Shown piece after piece: positions 13,401 to 24,244 of a DNA stretch of 54,449 nt. The first letter of the stretch is position 1. Each line of letters begins with the position of its first letter. The stretch comes from Callorhinchus milii (Eukaryota). The DNA lies in NCBI RefSeq assembly GCF_018977255.1, contig NW_024705321.1, positions 1 through 54,449 on the forward strand, read 5' to 3'. The translations under genes and the position numbers were made by a program. Below the pieces are notes generated by a model, which saw only the letters and a program-made list of their open reading frames with translations, made no database searches and was not told the DNA's origin.

Positions 13401-16400
13401 TAGAAATAGTCCAGGATATTGTGGGATTGATTGTTTCTATGCAGCCACTGAATCATAGAACTATACAGCACTGGAGGAGGCCATTCGGCCCATCATGTCT
13501 GTGATGGCTCTGCCAGGGCGTGACATCATCCAGTATAACCCAGAAAGTACGAAGAAACTGCTATAGAAGCAGACTGGGCAGACCGTGGGAACATGTCCCA
13601 GACTTCCTCTTCAAGTAAAACTTTTTGTGATCATTGACTTAATAATTGTTTAAAGTGAATTGTCAAAAGTCTTATTTGGAAGATGAACTTCCTGATCATT
13701 CATTCTGGTTTGCTACAAAACAAAACACATAGACACTCCACTTTATAGTAAATGCTATGAAGCACTTTGAGACATCCTTCCAACATGAAAGGTGCTGTAT
13801 CAAATGCAAGGATTATTATCTATTTGAAAGATGACTGAAATGACCTTGTTGTATGTGACATGGGTGACAAGGCTTTCTCTTCCTTCTAGATAAACAAGTA
13901 ATTGGGCTAGTGGAAAATCAGAGTGACTGGTATCTGGGAAATCTTTGGAAAAACCATAAGCCGTGGCCAGCACTGGGCAGAGGCTTTAACACTGGTAGGA
14001 GTTTGATCAGCAGCGAGGCTTCAAATGGATTTGCTGGATAATTCAGTACCACGTGTTGCATCCTAGTGATACACATCGCTGAATGTCCTGTGTTTGCTGT
14101 GTGTGTAGGTGTGATCCTGCTTCTGATGGACAGGCTGCAGAGGAGAGGCTGGGAACAGATGTGGAGGTTGACTGCCGAACGGGAGCTGATGAGTATGTTC
14201 TCAACATCGCTGGCTGATCAGGTAGGAAATGAAGCAATTAACAGTGCAATCCCAGGGCAGCTTCTGCATGTAATTCTGCGTGTGTGGCTCCTTGTTACAC
14301 AGCAGTTTGAGATTTCAGACACTGTTAACCCCAAATCATGCAAACATTATACAAAAACATCTGAGGTTGACAGGATGTCACTGTAGACTCTGTTTCTGGG
14401 CTGTCCAGTGGGTTCGCAATCCATGATTTGATACCAATCTGAGATTTTAGAAAGCCATCTTTTAAATTCCCACAGGTTAGCACAGTAATATTTTACAATT
14501 GAGACATTAGTTAGAAGTGAACAGAAAATATTTCTTCATACACAGGATTGTGAAAATGTGTTAATGATTTGCCTAGAAAGCCATAGAATCAGAGTCCATT
14601 CATAGACCCGATGATACTCCAGAGCACTGCATTGTCTTTCAGATGAGAAGTTAAACCAAGGTCCCAAAGGTACGAATCTCCTGGGGTTCTGTCCGACAGT
14701 TCCACAGATTTAAAAATCTGGTTGTGGGACTTGCTGAGTGCAAATTGACTGCATTCGCCTATAAATCACTGGACTTTACACCAGTGGTGGCTCCTGAACA
14801 TTTGCACGAGTCTAGATAAGCCCGTGTTCGATTAGTAGCGTGTTTTCATTTTTTTCTTCATTAGAATCATACAGCACAGAAGCAGGCCATTCGGCCCATC
14901 GTGTCTGTGCTGGCTCTTTGAAAAGAGCTTCCAAATCAATCCCACACCCCCACTTTCTCTCCACAGCCCTGATCAACCCCACTCCCCCGCTCTCTCCCCA
15001 TAGCCCTGATCAACCCCACTCCCCCGCTCTCTCCCCATAGCCCTGATCAACCCCACTCCCCCGCGCTCTCCCCATAGCCCTGCAAACTTGTCTTCCCCAA
15101 ATAATTATCTACTTCTCTCTTAAAAGTTGTTATGGAATTGGCTTCCACCAGCCTTTTAGGCAATTCCAGATCCCAACAACTCGCTGTGAAAACATTTCTC
15201 CTCCCCTTGCCTCTGTTCATTTTAACAACTATTTTAAATCGGTGTCCTCGGGTTACCGACCGACTCGCCAGTGGGAATAGTTTCTCCTTGTTCACCCTAT
15301 CGAATCCCTTATCATTTTGAAAACTTCTCTTAAGTCTCCTCTTAACCTTCTCTGCTCCAAGGAGAATAATCCCAGCTTCTCTCGCCTCTCCTGATAACTG
15401 AAGCCCCTCATTCCTGGTACCATCCTGGTCCATCTCCTTCACACCCTTGACATCGTTCGTCAAGTGTGGGGCCAGAACTGAACACAGTCTCTCGCTGAGG
15501 CCTAACCAGTGTTTTATATAAAGGTTTATCATAACTTCCAGACTTTTGTATTCTATGCCCCTATTTATAAAGCCCAGTATCCTGTATGCTTTTTTAACAG
15601 CTTTATCTGCCTGTCCGGCCACCTTCAAAGATTTACTATATGACCCCCAGGTCTCTCTGTTCCTTCACCCCCTTTAACACTGTATCATCAGCGTATATTG
15701 CCTCTCCTCATTCTTCCTCTCAAAATGCATCACTTTGCATTTCTCCACATTAGATTTCATCTGCCACCTGTCTGCCCATTTTATCAGTCTGTCTATTTTT
15801 GAGGGATAATAATAATAATAATAATAATAATCCTTGCATTTGATACAGCGCTTTTCACGTCGGGAGGACGTCCCAAAGCGCTTCACAGAAGACACTGTAA
15901 AGTGAATTGACTGTATATTTGTGGGCGAACGCGGCAGCCAATTGCGCACAGCAATGTCCCACAAACAGTCGTAGATTGAAAATGACCAATTTATTATTAT
16001 TTTTTTTGGTTTTGGAGGATTATTATTAGGCTCTGTGTGGAGTAAGGAAACTTGCCCGAGGTTTCGCCCTCTGCCTGGAATTGAACTCAGGTCTCTCACT
16101 TGCAAAGCGAGTGCTCTAACCACTGAGCTACAGGACTATGCTCCACATGAGGCTTCTCCGGCCCTTCCTCAACTAAGCCTTCAAGCATAACCTTCTATTC
16201 CTTTCTCCCTCATGCACCTCTCTAGCTTTCCCTTAAATACATCTGTGTTATTTGCCTCAACATTTCCTTGTGGTAGCATGCTCCAGATTCCCAGTACTCT
16301 CTGTGTGAAAAAATGTCTTCTAACTTCCCTATTTGATCTATTGGTGACTATTTGTTATTAATGGCCCCTGGTTTTGGTTTCGCCCACAAGTGGAAACATC

Positions 16401-19400
16401 TTCCCTATGTCGACCCTATCCAAACCTTTCATCATTTTAAAGACTTCTATCAGGTCACTCCTTACCCTCCTCTTTTCAAGAGGAAAGGAAGGACCCTTTG
16501 GCTTTTGACTCCTCCCCAGAGGTGTCACCTCCCTGACTGGTCTTCAGTAGAGAACTGGTTTGTGATTGCCACACTCTCAGGGGATTTCTGCACTGCCCGT
16601 CCCCTCTTAATAATAATAATAATCCTTGCATTTGACATAGCGCTTTTCACATCTTCTCGACGTCTCAAAGCACTTCACAGAATAGACTGTAAAGTGAATT
16701 GACTGTATACTTGTGGGCGAACGCGGCAGCCAATTGCGCACAGCAATGTCCCACAAACAGTCGTAGATTGAAAATGACCAATTTATTATTGTTTTGTTTT
16801 GGAGGGATTATTCCTACCATGCCGAGTGGTCACCCCCTCACTCTCCTTCTGAACCCTCTGTGGCTGTGCGGTGACCACCTCCTGAGACATTCAATCGATG
16901 AACTCTTCAGCCTCCCTGTATGCCATGTAGTGGAACCAGCCTCTCCTCGAGCTGAAGCTTGAGCAGCCGGAGGCACTTCCTAAACACGTGTCTGTCCAGG
17001 GCACACAAAGCCTCCAGGACTTCCCCCACATGGCACACATTGTGCACGCAACCGGTCTCAGCTGCCCTTACCATGTTCCCAGACATATTTTATAGTGTTT
17101 TAATAAAAATGACACATTTTATAATTATGCATCTCTTTCCCCCTCTCACCCAATTCCTTAACAGAAATCTTACTCTGTTTCCCCTCACTCAGTTCCCTCC
17201 GCCTGCTGCTGGGCTCTCTGCTCAAAATGAAACCTGCCAGGTTGATTGGTCCGGGTTACCCATTGTCATGTGTGCATTTTTTGAATACTCATGCGTACAT
17301 GCCACATTTGTAAAACCCCAATACTCTCATTGTCTCCTCTTGGGGGCAATAAGAATTTGTATGTTTCTTATATTCTCTAATATCATTGTTCTATTTTCTC
17401 AGGATATTTTTAATGCTGTTATTAAGCAGAACCCATCCATAGTGCATCAGCTGGCTTGTTTCTGGAACGTGCAGTTATCAGACCACACACGATCCGAACT
17501 CTGTTACACTAAAGTCTCAGATCTGAAGGTGTGTTAAGTGGGTTGGTTTGAAAGGTTTGGCTGTTGCTCAAACTGACAGGATATGTCAGTCCTGTTTCAC
17601 TCTCTTCATTCTCTCTCTGACCTGCAGGTTATCCACTGGAACTCCCCTAAAAAGCTGAGAGTCAAGAACAAACATGTGGAGTTTTTCCGGAATCTGTACT
17701 TGACATTCCTGGAATATGATGGGAATCTGCTGCGTCGTGAGCTCTTTCGGTGTCCCAGCCAGACCAGCACAGGAAGACAACGGGTCAGTGTTTCTGATGG
17801 ATTGAAATTAACTGTGAATGACATTGGTTGCAATCCAAAGCTTAGTGGCTCATCCACTTGGAAGCCAGTGCTTCTCTTGGGGGTCAGGTCAGGCTGCTGG
17901 AGGTTGTGTGGAGGGCTGGAAGCAGGGCTGGATTGTCATGTTCCCCTGTGTTCAGTTGCAGAGAATGCTGGAGGAGCTGGATGAGGATGACCAATGCTAT
18001 GATTTTCGACGTGAGCGGATCACTGATCACCGGACCCATCTATACTTCCTGCATTATGACTTCACTGACAACATGGACGAAGCTGGTGTTACACTGGTCA
18101 CCCAGCTTTCCATGGACAGGTAATGTGGATACGTAACACTGATTCATTGTCTCCCTGAGCTGGTCTGGCTGGGATACTACAAGAGTTCACGACCCACAAG
18201 AGGAGGAGCGTATCTATGAACTTCCTGCATGATTTTAATTTCCTGGTTTCTCTTTCCTCATCTCCTAGGTTACAGATGGTGGAAGCAATTTGCAAGCACT
18301 GGGAAGGCCCTATCAGCTTGGCGCTCTATCTGTCTGATGCAGAGGCTCAGCAGTTCCTTCAGTATGCACTGGCTTCCCAGGTGCTGAGGAATCGCAGGAA
18401 TGTTGGCTACCATATAGTGTACAAGGAGGGTCAGTTCTACCCTGTGAACTTGCTACGAAACATTGCACTGAAGCAAGTAAACACCCCGTATGTCTTTTTG
18501 ACAGACATTGATTTTCTGCCAATGTATGGGCTCCATCAATATCTCAGGTAGAGTGATTTATATGTCTTCCAGCAGCTGGATTGTTTTCAGGCCACTGTGC
18601 AAAACGTGCGGTAGCCCATTATGTTTGCTCAGAATCCCATCTCTTGCGGTCCGATCCTGCTTGTTCCAATATCTGCACTTTATCTCCTCCAACGGTTTCT
18701 CCTCCCGTCCTCACATGATTACCTGCAGAGTGCAGTGGGCTCTAACTTCAGCTTACATGCTTCCCTTAGCAACTTCATCTCCGTACACATAGTTAACATC
18801 CACTTACAATACAATTTACACTTATATAATGCCTTTCACATTGGGAGGATGTTTCAAAGCGCTTCGGAATGTCAGCTGGGCACCCAAGTTGTGGATGGAA
18901 GTTGAAGGGGGTGGGGAAAGATGACCGAACGCATGGTCAAAGAGGCATGTAAAATTTGCACTGCTCCCACTCCTGTCCTTTACCCTCCACTACTCCCACT
19001 CAATCTTCTTTCCCACCGCCCTCTCCACCTCCTATCCCTGCTCGACCTTCCCACAGCCTCCCTCTGCTCCAGCCTGGGAATCCTCTGTCACGCTCACTGT
19101 AGCCGATGCCGCTAGCTGTCCCAACATCAGCCACCCTGACTGCCCCATTCTCCACCTCTGCCACAATGCCCATCGGTCCCTGACTCTGGGGGCCACCCTC
19201 TCCTCTCTTATCCGCATCCCCACCCTCCGTCAATCCTCCCCCCACCCCTCGTCTCGCACATTCCTCCACCACCAGCTGTCCCCTCTGCATTGGTATACAA
19301 AATGCCCACTCGCTCTCCAGCAAAACGCTCACCATCCAACATTCTCGCCCTCACCGAAACCTGGGTCACCCAAGGCAACACCTTCCCCCTGACAGAGGCC

Positions 19401-22400
19401 ACAGCACCCGGCTACCCTTTCCATCATACCCCTTGACCTAACCACCGTGGTATGGTGTGGTTCTCAACTCCAGGTCCCCGCTCAGCCTATCCCCTTACTC
19501 CTCTGGTTCCTTCCCCTCCTTTGAGTACCTTATCCTTTATTAACCCTCCAACCTTTCCCTCAAAATTCTCCTTATTTATCGTCCCCAAATCTTCCCCCAC
19601 CTTCCTCATGGAACCTCCACCCTCCTCTCCTCCTTCTGCTCTGAATTATTATCTGAGGCGACTTAATAATAATAATCCTTGCATTTGACATAGCGCTTTT
19701 CACATCTTCTCGACGTCTCAAAGCACTTCACAGAATATACTGTAAAATTAATTGACTGTATATTTGTGGGCGAAACGCGGCAGCTAATTGCTCACAGCAG
19801 CGTCCCACAAACAGTTGTGGACTGAATGACCAAATTGTTATTGCTTTTTTTTCTTGAGGGATTATTATCAGGCGTGTGGAGTAAGGAAACTTGCCCAAAA
19901 TTTCACCCTGCTGGGAACCGAACCCATGACTCTCGCTTGTAAGGCTAGTACTCCAACCACTCTAACCGGGGCCAGGGCTCTCTCTTCAACCAGCACTTCA
20001 CCTCCTCCTGCTCTACCTCTGCTGACGTCTCCTCCCTCCTCTCCTCTCACAACCTCTCCCTCCACATCAACTCTGCCACCAACATCAACATGCCCCCCAC
20101 CCCTCCCTCCTCCCCCCTGACCCCAGCTCAGGTCTGAAATGCTGTACACTGTCCAGCGCCTTGGGATGTCCTCCCGACGTAAAAGGCGCTATAAAAATGT
20201 AATCTTGTTGTTGTTTTTGTTGCCACCCACATCCACAGTCATCACCCTTGATCTGGTGATTACTCAGAGTCTCACCATCTCGGACATCACCATCATTGAC
20301 AAAACCATTTTGGATCACTACTTCATCTCCCTTAACTCTGCTATCCCCCGTCCCCCACTCAACCTATCTCCTACTGTCCTTGGAAAAAATATTTCCCCCA
20401 CTCTCTCCGCTGCCCTGGAATCATCCAAACTGCTACCCCTCTGGCCCTCTTCTCACAACGACCTACCCTCCTCACTCTCTTCTCCACAACTCCCTCTCCT
20501 CCATCCTTGACTCCCTTGCCACCTTCAACCCCCCCCCCCAAAATTGCCTCCTACTCCCATAAATTCCTTGGTACCAGCCACCTCCAATCCCTCAAGGTAC
20601 AAGTACATGTCACGGAATGCACCTGGATCAAATCAAACCTAACAGTCCATCGGTAGATCTGGCTAGACCATACCAAAGCAGTAGCTCTGCCTTCACCTCC
20701 GCCAAATCATCCTTCAACTCCAAGATAGTCTTGGAGGTCAGGACAATTCCAGGCTCCTCTTCTCCACCACCAACTGCCTCCTCTGTCCACCTTCCTGTGT
20801 CTGGCCCATGCTCTCCTCCAATTCCAACTGCGAGAAGATGTCATATCCCAGCTTTGCTCTTTCCTCTCCTGCCATTCCATTTATGAACCCCTCCAATCAG
20901 GTTTCCGTACTGCCCACAGCACAGAAACAGCCCTGGTCAAAGTCACTAACAGCATTCTGTCATCTGCACCCAGAGCTCTCTCTGCCTCCTTGTCCTTCGA
21001 CATTGTCGACTATTCTATCCACCTACACAGCCTCTCCTCTCAGCTCAAGCTTCACGTCCTGCCCTTGCCTGGTTTGAATCCTATCTCTCCCACCGTCTCC
21101 ACTTTGTTTGCACTAACGGCTTCTCCTCTAACCCCCGCACCGCTACGTGTGGCGTTCCTCAGGGCTGTCCTTGGTCCCCTCCTATTCAATATCTATATTC
21201 TCCCCCATGGCGACATCATCTGCAGATGTGGGATTAACTTGCACGTGAATGAGGATGACACCCAACTCTATCTCTCTGCCTCCATCCTCGACTCACAGAA
21301 TGCTTGTTGGACATCAAGTCCTGGATGAGAGCTAACTTTCTTCAGTTGAATGACACAGGACCGAGGCTCTCCTGATTGGCTCCCATCAGCACCTCCAAAC
21401 CTCGGGCACTGACAGCGTCTCCCTTCATGGATGCACACTACTACAGCCAATACGGAACTCCTTGAGTTTTGTTTGACCCTCAACTGTCCTTCACCCCCCA
21501 CATCCATGCCATGACCGCCTTTCCCCACCTCCGCAACATTGCCCGGCTTCACCACTGTCTCTCACCGCAGGCCACCGAGACCCTCATACATACCTTCATC
21601 ACATCCAGGCTTAACTACGCAAACTCCCTGCTTGACGGCCTCCCCAACTCCTCCGTCCACAGGCTGCAGATCATCCAGAACTTTGCAGCCCGTGTCCTCT
21701 CCCCACCAGGCTCTGTGGCCCTATCACCCCCATCCTCGCCCAACTCCACTGGCTTCCCAATACACCAGAGGATACAGTTCAAGATCCTGGTCCTCATCTT
21801 CAAAGCCCTGCATGGCCTTGCTCCGCCCTACCTCTGTGAACTCTGAACCCACTACCAATCTGTCCGCTCCATCTGCTCATCAGGCTCCGGGGACCTGCTT
21901 CACGCCCCTAGCCTTGCCTGTGCTGTCATTGGTGGGCGGGCCATCAGCCTCTCTGCCCCCACACTATCAAACTCCATCCCACAGACCCTACCCCTCGCTT
22001 CCTACCTTGCCTCCTACAAGACCCGTCTTAAGACCATGGTTTTGGACCATACTTTCGGTCACCCTCCTACCCCTCCCCTCCCTCCACCCCTCCTGATCTC
22101 AACCACCAGCTCGGGGGTGGATCCCTGACTGTCTAGCACCTTGGGACATCCTCCTGACGTGAAAGGTGCTATACAGATGTGATTTGTTGTTGTTATTCCT
22201 GTCATGTGTTGCCTCTGTGCCTGCAGGAAGTCCATCATCCAGCTGGAGTTGGACAGTGAAAAGAAGGCACTGATTGTTCCAGCGTTTGAAACATTGCGCT
22301 ATCGTCTTTCGTTCCCAAAATCCAAAGCAGAAGTGCTCTCGATGCTTGACATGGGGACTCTTTACACATTCAGGTAGGGACCTGCCCACTTGAGGCTCAC

Positions 22401-23017
22401 TCTTTCTGCAACCGCCTACCTACCCAACCCTGTTGATTGCCCTTTATTCAACCCTTTATTCTGATTTCAATCAAGGTGACCTTGTTTATTTTGCCAGGTA
22501 CCATGTCTGGACTAAGGGACATGCTCCAACCAATTTTGCCAAATGGCGCACAGCGACCACTCCGTATAAAGTGGAGTGGGAGGCAGATTTTGAGCCTTAT
22601 GTTGTAGTAAGGCGAGATTGTCCAGAGTATGATCAGAGATTTGTTGGATTTGGATGGAATAAAGTGTCTCATATCATTGAACTTGATGCTCAGGTGAGTA
22701 AAGTATGAAGATGTGATGGAAGATTTGAAAATCTTGCACAGCTGCTTACTTTGAATTACTAGCACTTACTAGAGGTTACTGGGAACGTTGCTCATGATGC
22801 AAATCTCTTAATTTCACAGGAGTATGAGCTGATGGTCCTCCCCAATGCATACATTGTCCACATGCCCCATGCTCCCAGCTTCGACATCTCCAAGTTCCGC
22901 TCCAGCTCACTTTATCGCAAATGCCTGAGAACACTGAAAGAAGAATTTCATCAGGATATATCCCGAAAGTACGGTTCCACAGCACTAAAATATCTGACAG
23001 CAGAGCAGAGCATCTAG
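1335..23017 (+). CDS. LARGE2: LARGE xylosyl- and glucuronyltransferase (likely LARGE2), 5'-partial, 11 exons: join(1335-1458,10732-10903,13890-13994,14109-14221,17403-17528,17628-17783,17956-18119,18269-18547,22227-22373,22498-22693,22820-23017)
   Basis: Spliced translation matches the LARGE family ([99 protein letters not shown]). All junctions are GT-AG and phase-compatible. LARGE2 preferred over LARGE1 from recalled diagnostic residues ([43 protein letters not shown]) and linkage to CELF1. Confidence 0.85.
1497..2045 (+). repeat. (GGGCA)n microsatellite with GGACT/GGACA variant units
   Basis: About 550 bp of directly visible pentamer repeats. Confidence 0.97.
2526..10465 (+). repeat. ~7.9-kb intronic satellite, 23-bp unit (CCTGTGTACACCACCCTCACTGC) with 24-25-bp variants
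   Basis: Unit visible throughout; ORF translations repeat every 23 aa (three units) in all three frames. Confidence 0.97.
9584..9815 (+). mobile_element. Short L2-LINE 3'-end copy inserted in the satellite
   Basis: Matches the 3' end of the L2 at 24920-25400; ends in CGCCTTGGGACGTCCTCCTGACGTGAAAGGCG plus (TTG)n. Confidence 0.9.
10732..10903 (+). CDS. LARGE2: LARGE2 exon containing the DTD (DXD) motif of the xylosyltransferase domain
   Basis: ttttctgcag acceptor, G|gtgatt donor; [20 protein letters not shown]...[25 protein letters not shown]. Confidence 0.95.
11129..11377 (-). mobile_element. tRNA-derived SINE, 5'-truncated copy (adjacent older fragment at 11051-11128)
   Basis: Near-identical to 15806-16070; (TTA)n tail on the minus strand. 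Confidence 0.88.
11378..12270 (+). mobile_element. CR1-type LINE, 5'-truncated
   Basis: Decayed ORF2 C-terminus ([45 protein letters not shown]) and CR1 tail GCCGAATGGCCTCCTTCTGTGCTGTAA...ATGATTCTAG. Confidence 0.9.
13170..13515 (-). mobile_element. Two short CR1 3'-end fragments
   Basis: GAATCATAGAAACAGGAGGAGGCTATTCAGCCC and AATCATAGAACTATACAGCACTGGAGGAGGCCATTCGGCCC are reverse-complemented CR1 tails. Confidence 0.7.
13890..13994 (+). CDS. LARGE2: LARGE2 exon ([35 protein letters not shown])
   Basis: ttccttctag acceptor, G|gtagga donor; not in the ORF track, read manually. Confidence 0.95.
14109..14221 (+). CDS. LARGE2: LARGE2 exon ([38 protein letters not shown])
   Basis: gtgtgtag acceptor, CAG|gtagga donor. 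Confidence 0.95.
14362..14978 (+). repeat. 617-bp segment duplicated at 32729-33345
   Basis: By-eye comparison shows no mismatch; offset 18367 (same peptide [18 protein letters not shown]... at 14840 and 33207). Confidence 0.92.
14861..15805 (-). mobile_element. CR1-type LINE, 5'-truncated
   Basis: Minus-strand ORF remnants ([55 protein letters not shown]); CR1 tail at 14861-14900. Confidence 0.9.
15806..16137 (-). mobile_element. Full-length (~330 bp) tRNA(Ala-like)-derived SINE with L2-type 3' end
   Basis: Minus-strand head has A box TAGCTCAGTGG (16120-16130), anticodon arm CTCGC-TTTGCAA-GTGAG and B box GAGTTCAATTC (16078-16088); 3' end shared with L2; (TTA)n tail. Confidence 0.9.
16150..17230 (-). 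mobile_element. CR1 fragments including ORF1 N-terminus, interrupted by a SINE at 16610-16812
   Basis: Minus strand reads [14 protein letters not shown]...RKCLRL...[15 protein letters not shown], typical of a CR1 ORF1 Cys-rich start; 16150-16490 resembles the ORF2 3' region. Confidence 0.7.
17403..17528 (+). CDS. LARGE2: LARGE2 exon ([42 protein letters not shown])
   Basis: ttttctcag acceptor, AAG|gtgtgt donor. Confidence 0.95.
17628..17783 (+). CDS. LARGE2: LARGE2 exon ([16 protein letters not shown]...[11 protein letters not shown])
   Basis: cctgcag acceptor, CGG|gtcagt donor. Confidence 0.93.
17956..18119 (+). CDS. LARGE2: LARGE2 exon ([21 protein letters not shown]...[11 protein letters not shown])
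   Basis: gtgttcag acceptor, AG|gtaatg donor. Confidence 0.93.
18269..18547 (+). CDS. LARGE2: LARGE2 exon containing the DID (DXD) motif of the glucuronyltransferase domain
   Basis: tctcctag acceptor, AG|gtagag donor; [29 protein letters not shown]...[13 protein letters not shown]. Confidence 0.95.
18960..22197 (+). mobile_element. Decayed L2-type LINE (endonuclease and RT remnants) with nested SINE (19665-19965, minus) and nested L2 tail (20090-20215)
   Basis: ILALTETWV (APE endonuclease), [13 protein letters not shown]...EDDTQLY (RT, mutated YADD), [19 protein letters not shown]; (TTG)n tail at 22183-22195. Confidence 0.85.
22227..22373 (+). CDS. LARGE2: LARGE2 exon ([49 protein letters not shown])
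   Basis: gcctgcag acceptor, AG|gtaggg donor; read manually. Confidence 0.95.
22498..22693 (+). CDS. LARGE2: LARGE2 exon ([23 protein letters not shown]...ELDAQ)
   Basis: ttttgccag acceptor, CAG|gtgagt donor. Confidence 0.95.
22820..23017 (+). CDS. LARGE2: LARGE2 terminal coding exon ([26 protein letters not shown]...[10 protein letters not shown])
   Basis: tttcacag acceptor; TAG stop at 23015-23017. Confidence 0.95.
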   Translation, partial: EYELMVLPNAYIVHMPHAPSFDISKFRSSSLYRKCLRTLKEEFHQDISRKYGSTALKYLTAEQSI

Positions 23018-24124
23018 AGGCCTCTACTGAAAGCTGCACCTTGTTCGGAACAGGCTTTAGGAATAGGCCCCGTACATACACATTGTACCAGGCTATTTAT
23101 CTGTATTGTAGGGATCAATACAGGCACACTATATGCAGCTCCCTGTATCTACATGTTTTGGCTCAATGTAGATTGGGACGTAACTGAATGTAAACTTTGG
23201 ACAATTGGCTGAGTTTTCTATCTTTTTTCTCTCTATTTAAATTATACAATTTCGGAACATGTAAGTAGTGATTTTTTTTAGAAATAGTAAAGTGGGTTTT
23301 GCTGTTTGCCCACAACCTGTGTATTAATACACTTGTTCAGTGTGGAAGCATCACATACAGAACTATGTTCTGAGGCAGCCTTGTTACTCTTCAAGATTAA
23401 CCCTTTCTTATAGTATAATTGTCCAGCCATTTCTCTGCTTTCCATGAGACTTGCAGTGAGCACAAGGTGGGTATCAAATGGTTAACAGTTGGTATGAGTA
23501 AAGGTAGTGTGTGAAATTATGTTACCATTATCATAACCTGTACTAGACTGGTACTGTCCTTGATTGTAGTTCTGAATCTGGTTAAGCATTGATGGCTTCT
23601 AAACCTCACGGCCATAAACATTGTCAATTGCCTCCAGCCTGCCAGCACTCCCAATGATGGAGGGAATTGCCAGCTCCTGCCTGAAAATATGGTTTTATGA
23701 TGTATTAGATTTTCGGCATCAAATCCTGGCATAGCATGCCAGAACCAGTGACACACTTGGGATCACCTGGATACAGAAAAACTTCTTCCTGTTCCCGTGA
23801 CTGTTTGTTGGTCCCAAAGTGGATGATGGCGCTGTTGGAATGGGATTTGGGACAATGGTAATTTCTAATCCTGTACATTCCTATGTTCCTATGGAATGGT
23901 TTAATGATGCTTCTGTTTTTCTAATCACCCAAAACTGTCTTTTCTGCCAAGGTGGATGCTCTGGAATAGAATGGCTCTCTGTTCATTCTGCTGTTATACT
24001 GTTACACTTGACTGTACTTGGAACTTGTCCTGAAGCAAGGCTGTAGTTTCTTCCATAGTTTGAGTAAAACAAAAAAAATTTCTGCAGAGAAATTTGGATA
24101 ATTGCTATAAATCAAAATTTTCTC

Positions 24125-24130
24125 ATTAAA
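24125..24130 (+). terminator. Candidate poly(A) signal ATTAAA for LARGE2 (3' UTR ~1.1 kb)
   Basis: ATTAAA at the end of a repeat-poor AT-rich stretch, followed by GU/U-rich GTTCTTGGTTTGTCT. Confidence 0.5.
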
Positions 24131-24244
24131 ACTGATCTTAGTTCTTGGTTTGTCTGCCTATAATTAAGCTTGTAATAATAATCCAAATATTTGATGTAGC
24201 ATCTTTCACAACGGGAAGATGAAAAAATATATATTGTAGAGTGG

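Noticed and set aside
16066..16137. tRNA-Ala-like gene (also ~40530-40602)
   Set aside because: No clear acceptor stem, and it runs into a SINE body and tail; it is a SINE head.
1335..23017. Calling the glycosyltransferase LARGE1
   Set aside because: Overall similarity to LARGE1 is high, but diagnostic residues, compact 3' introns and CELF1 linkage favour LARGE2. A phylogeny would settle it.
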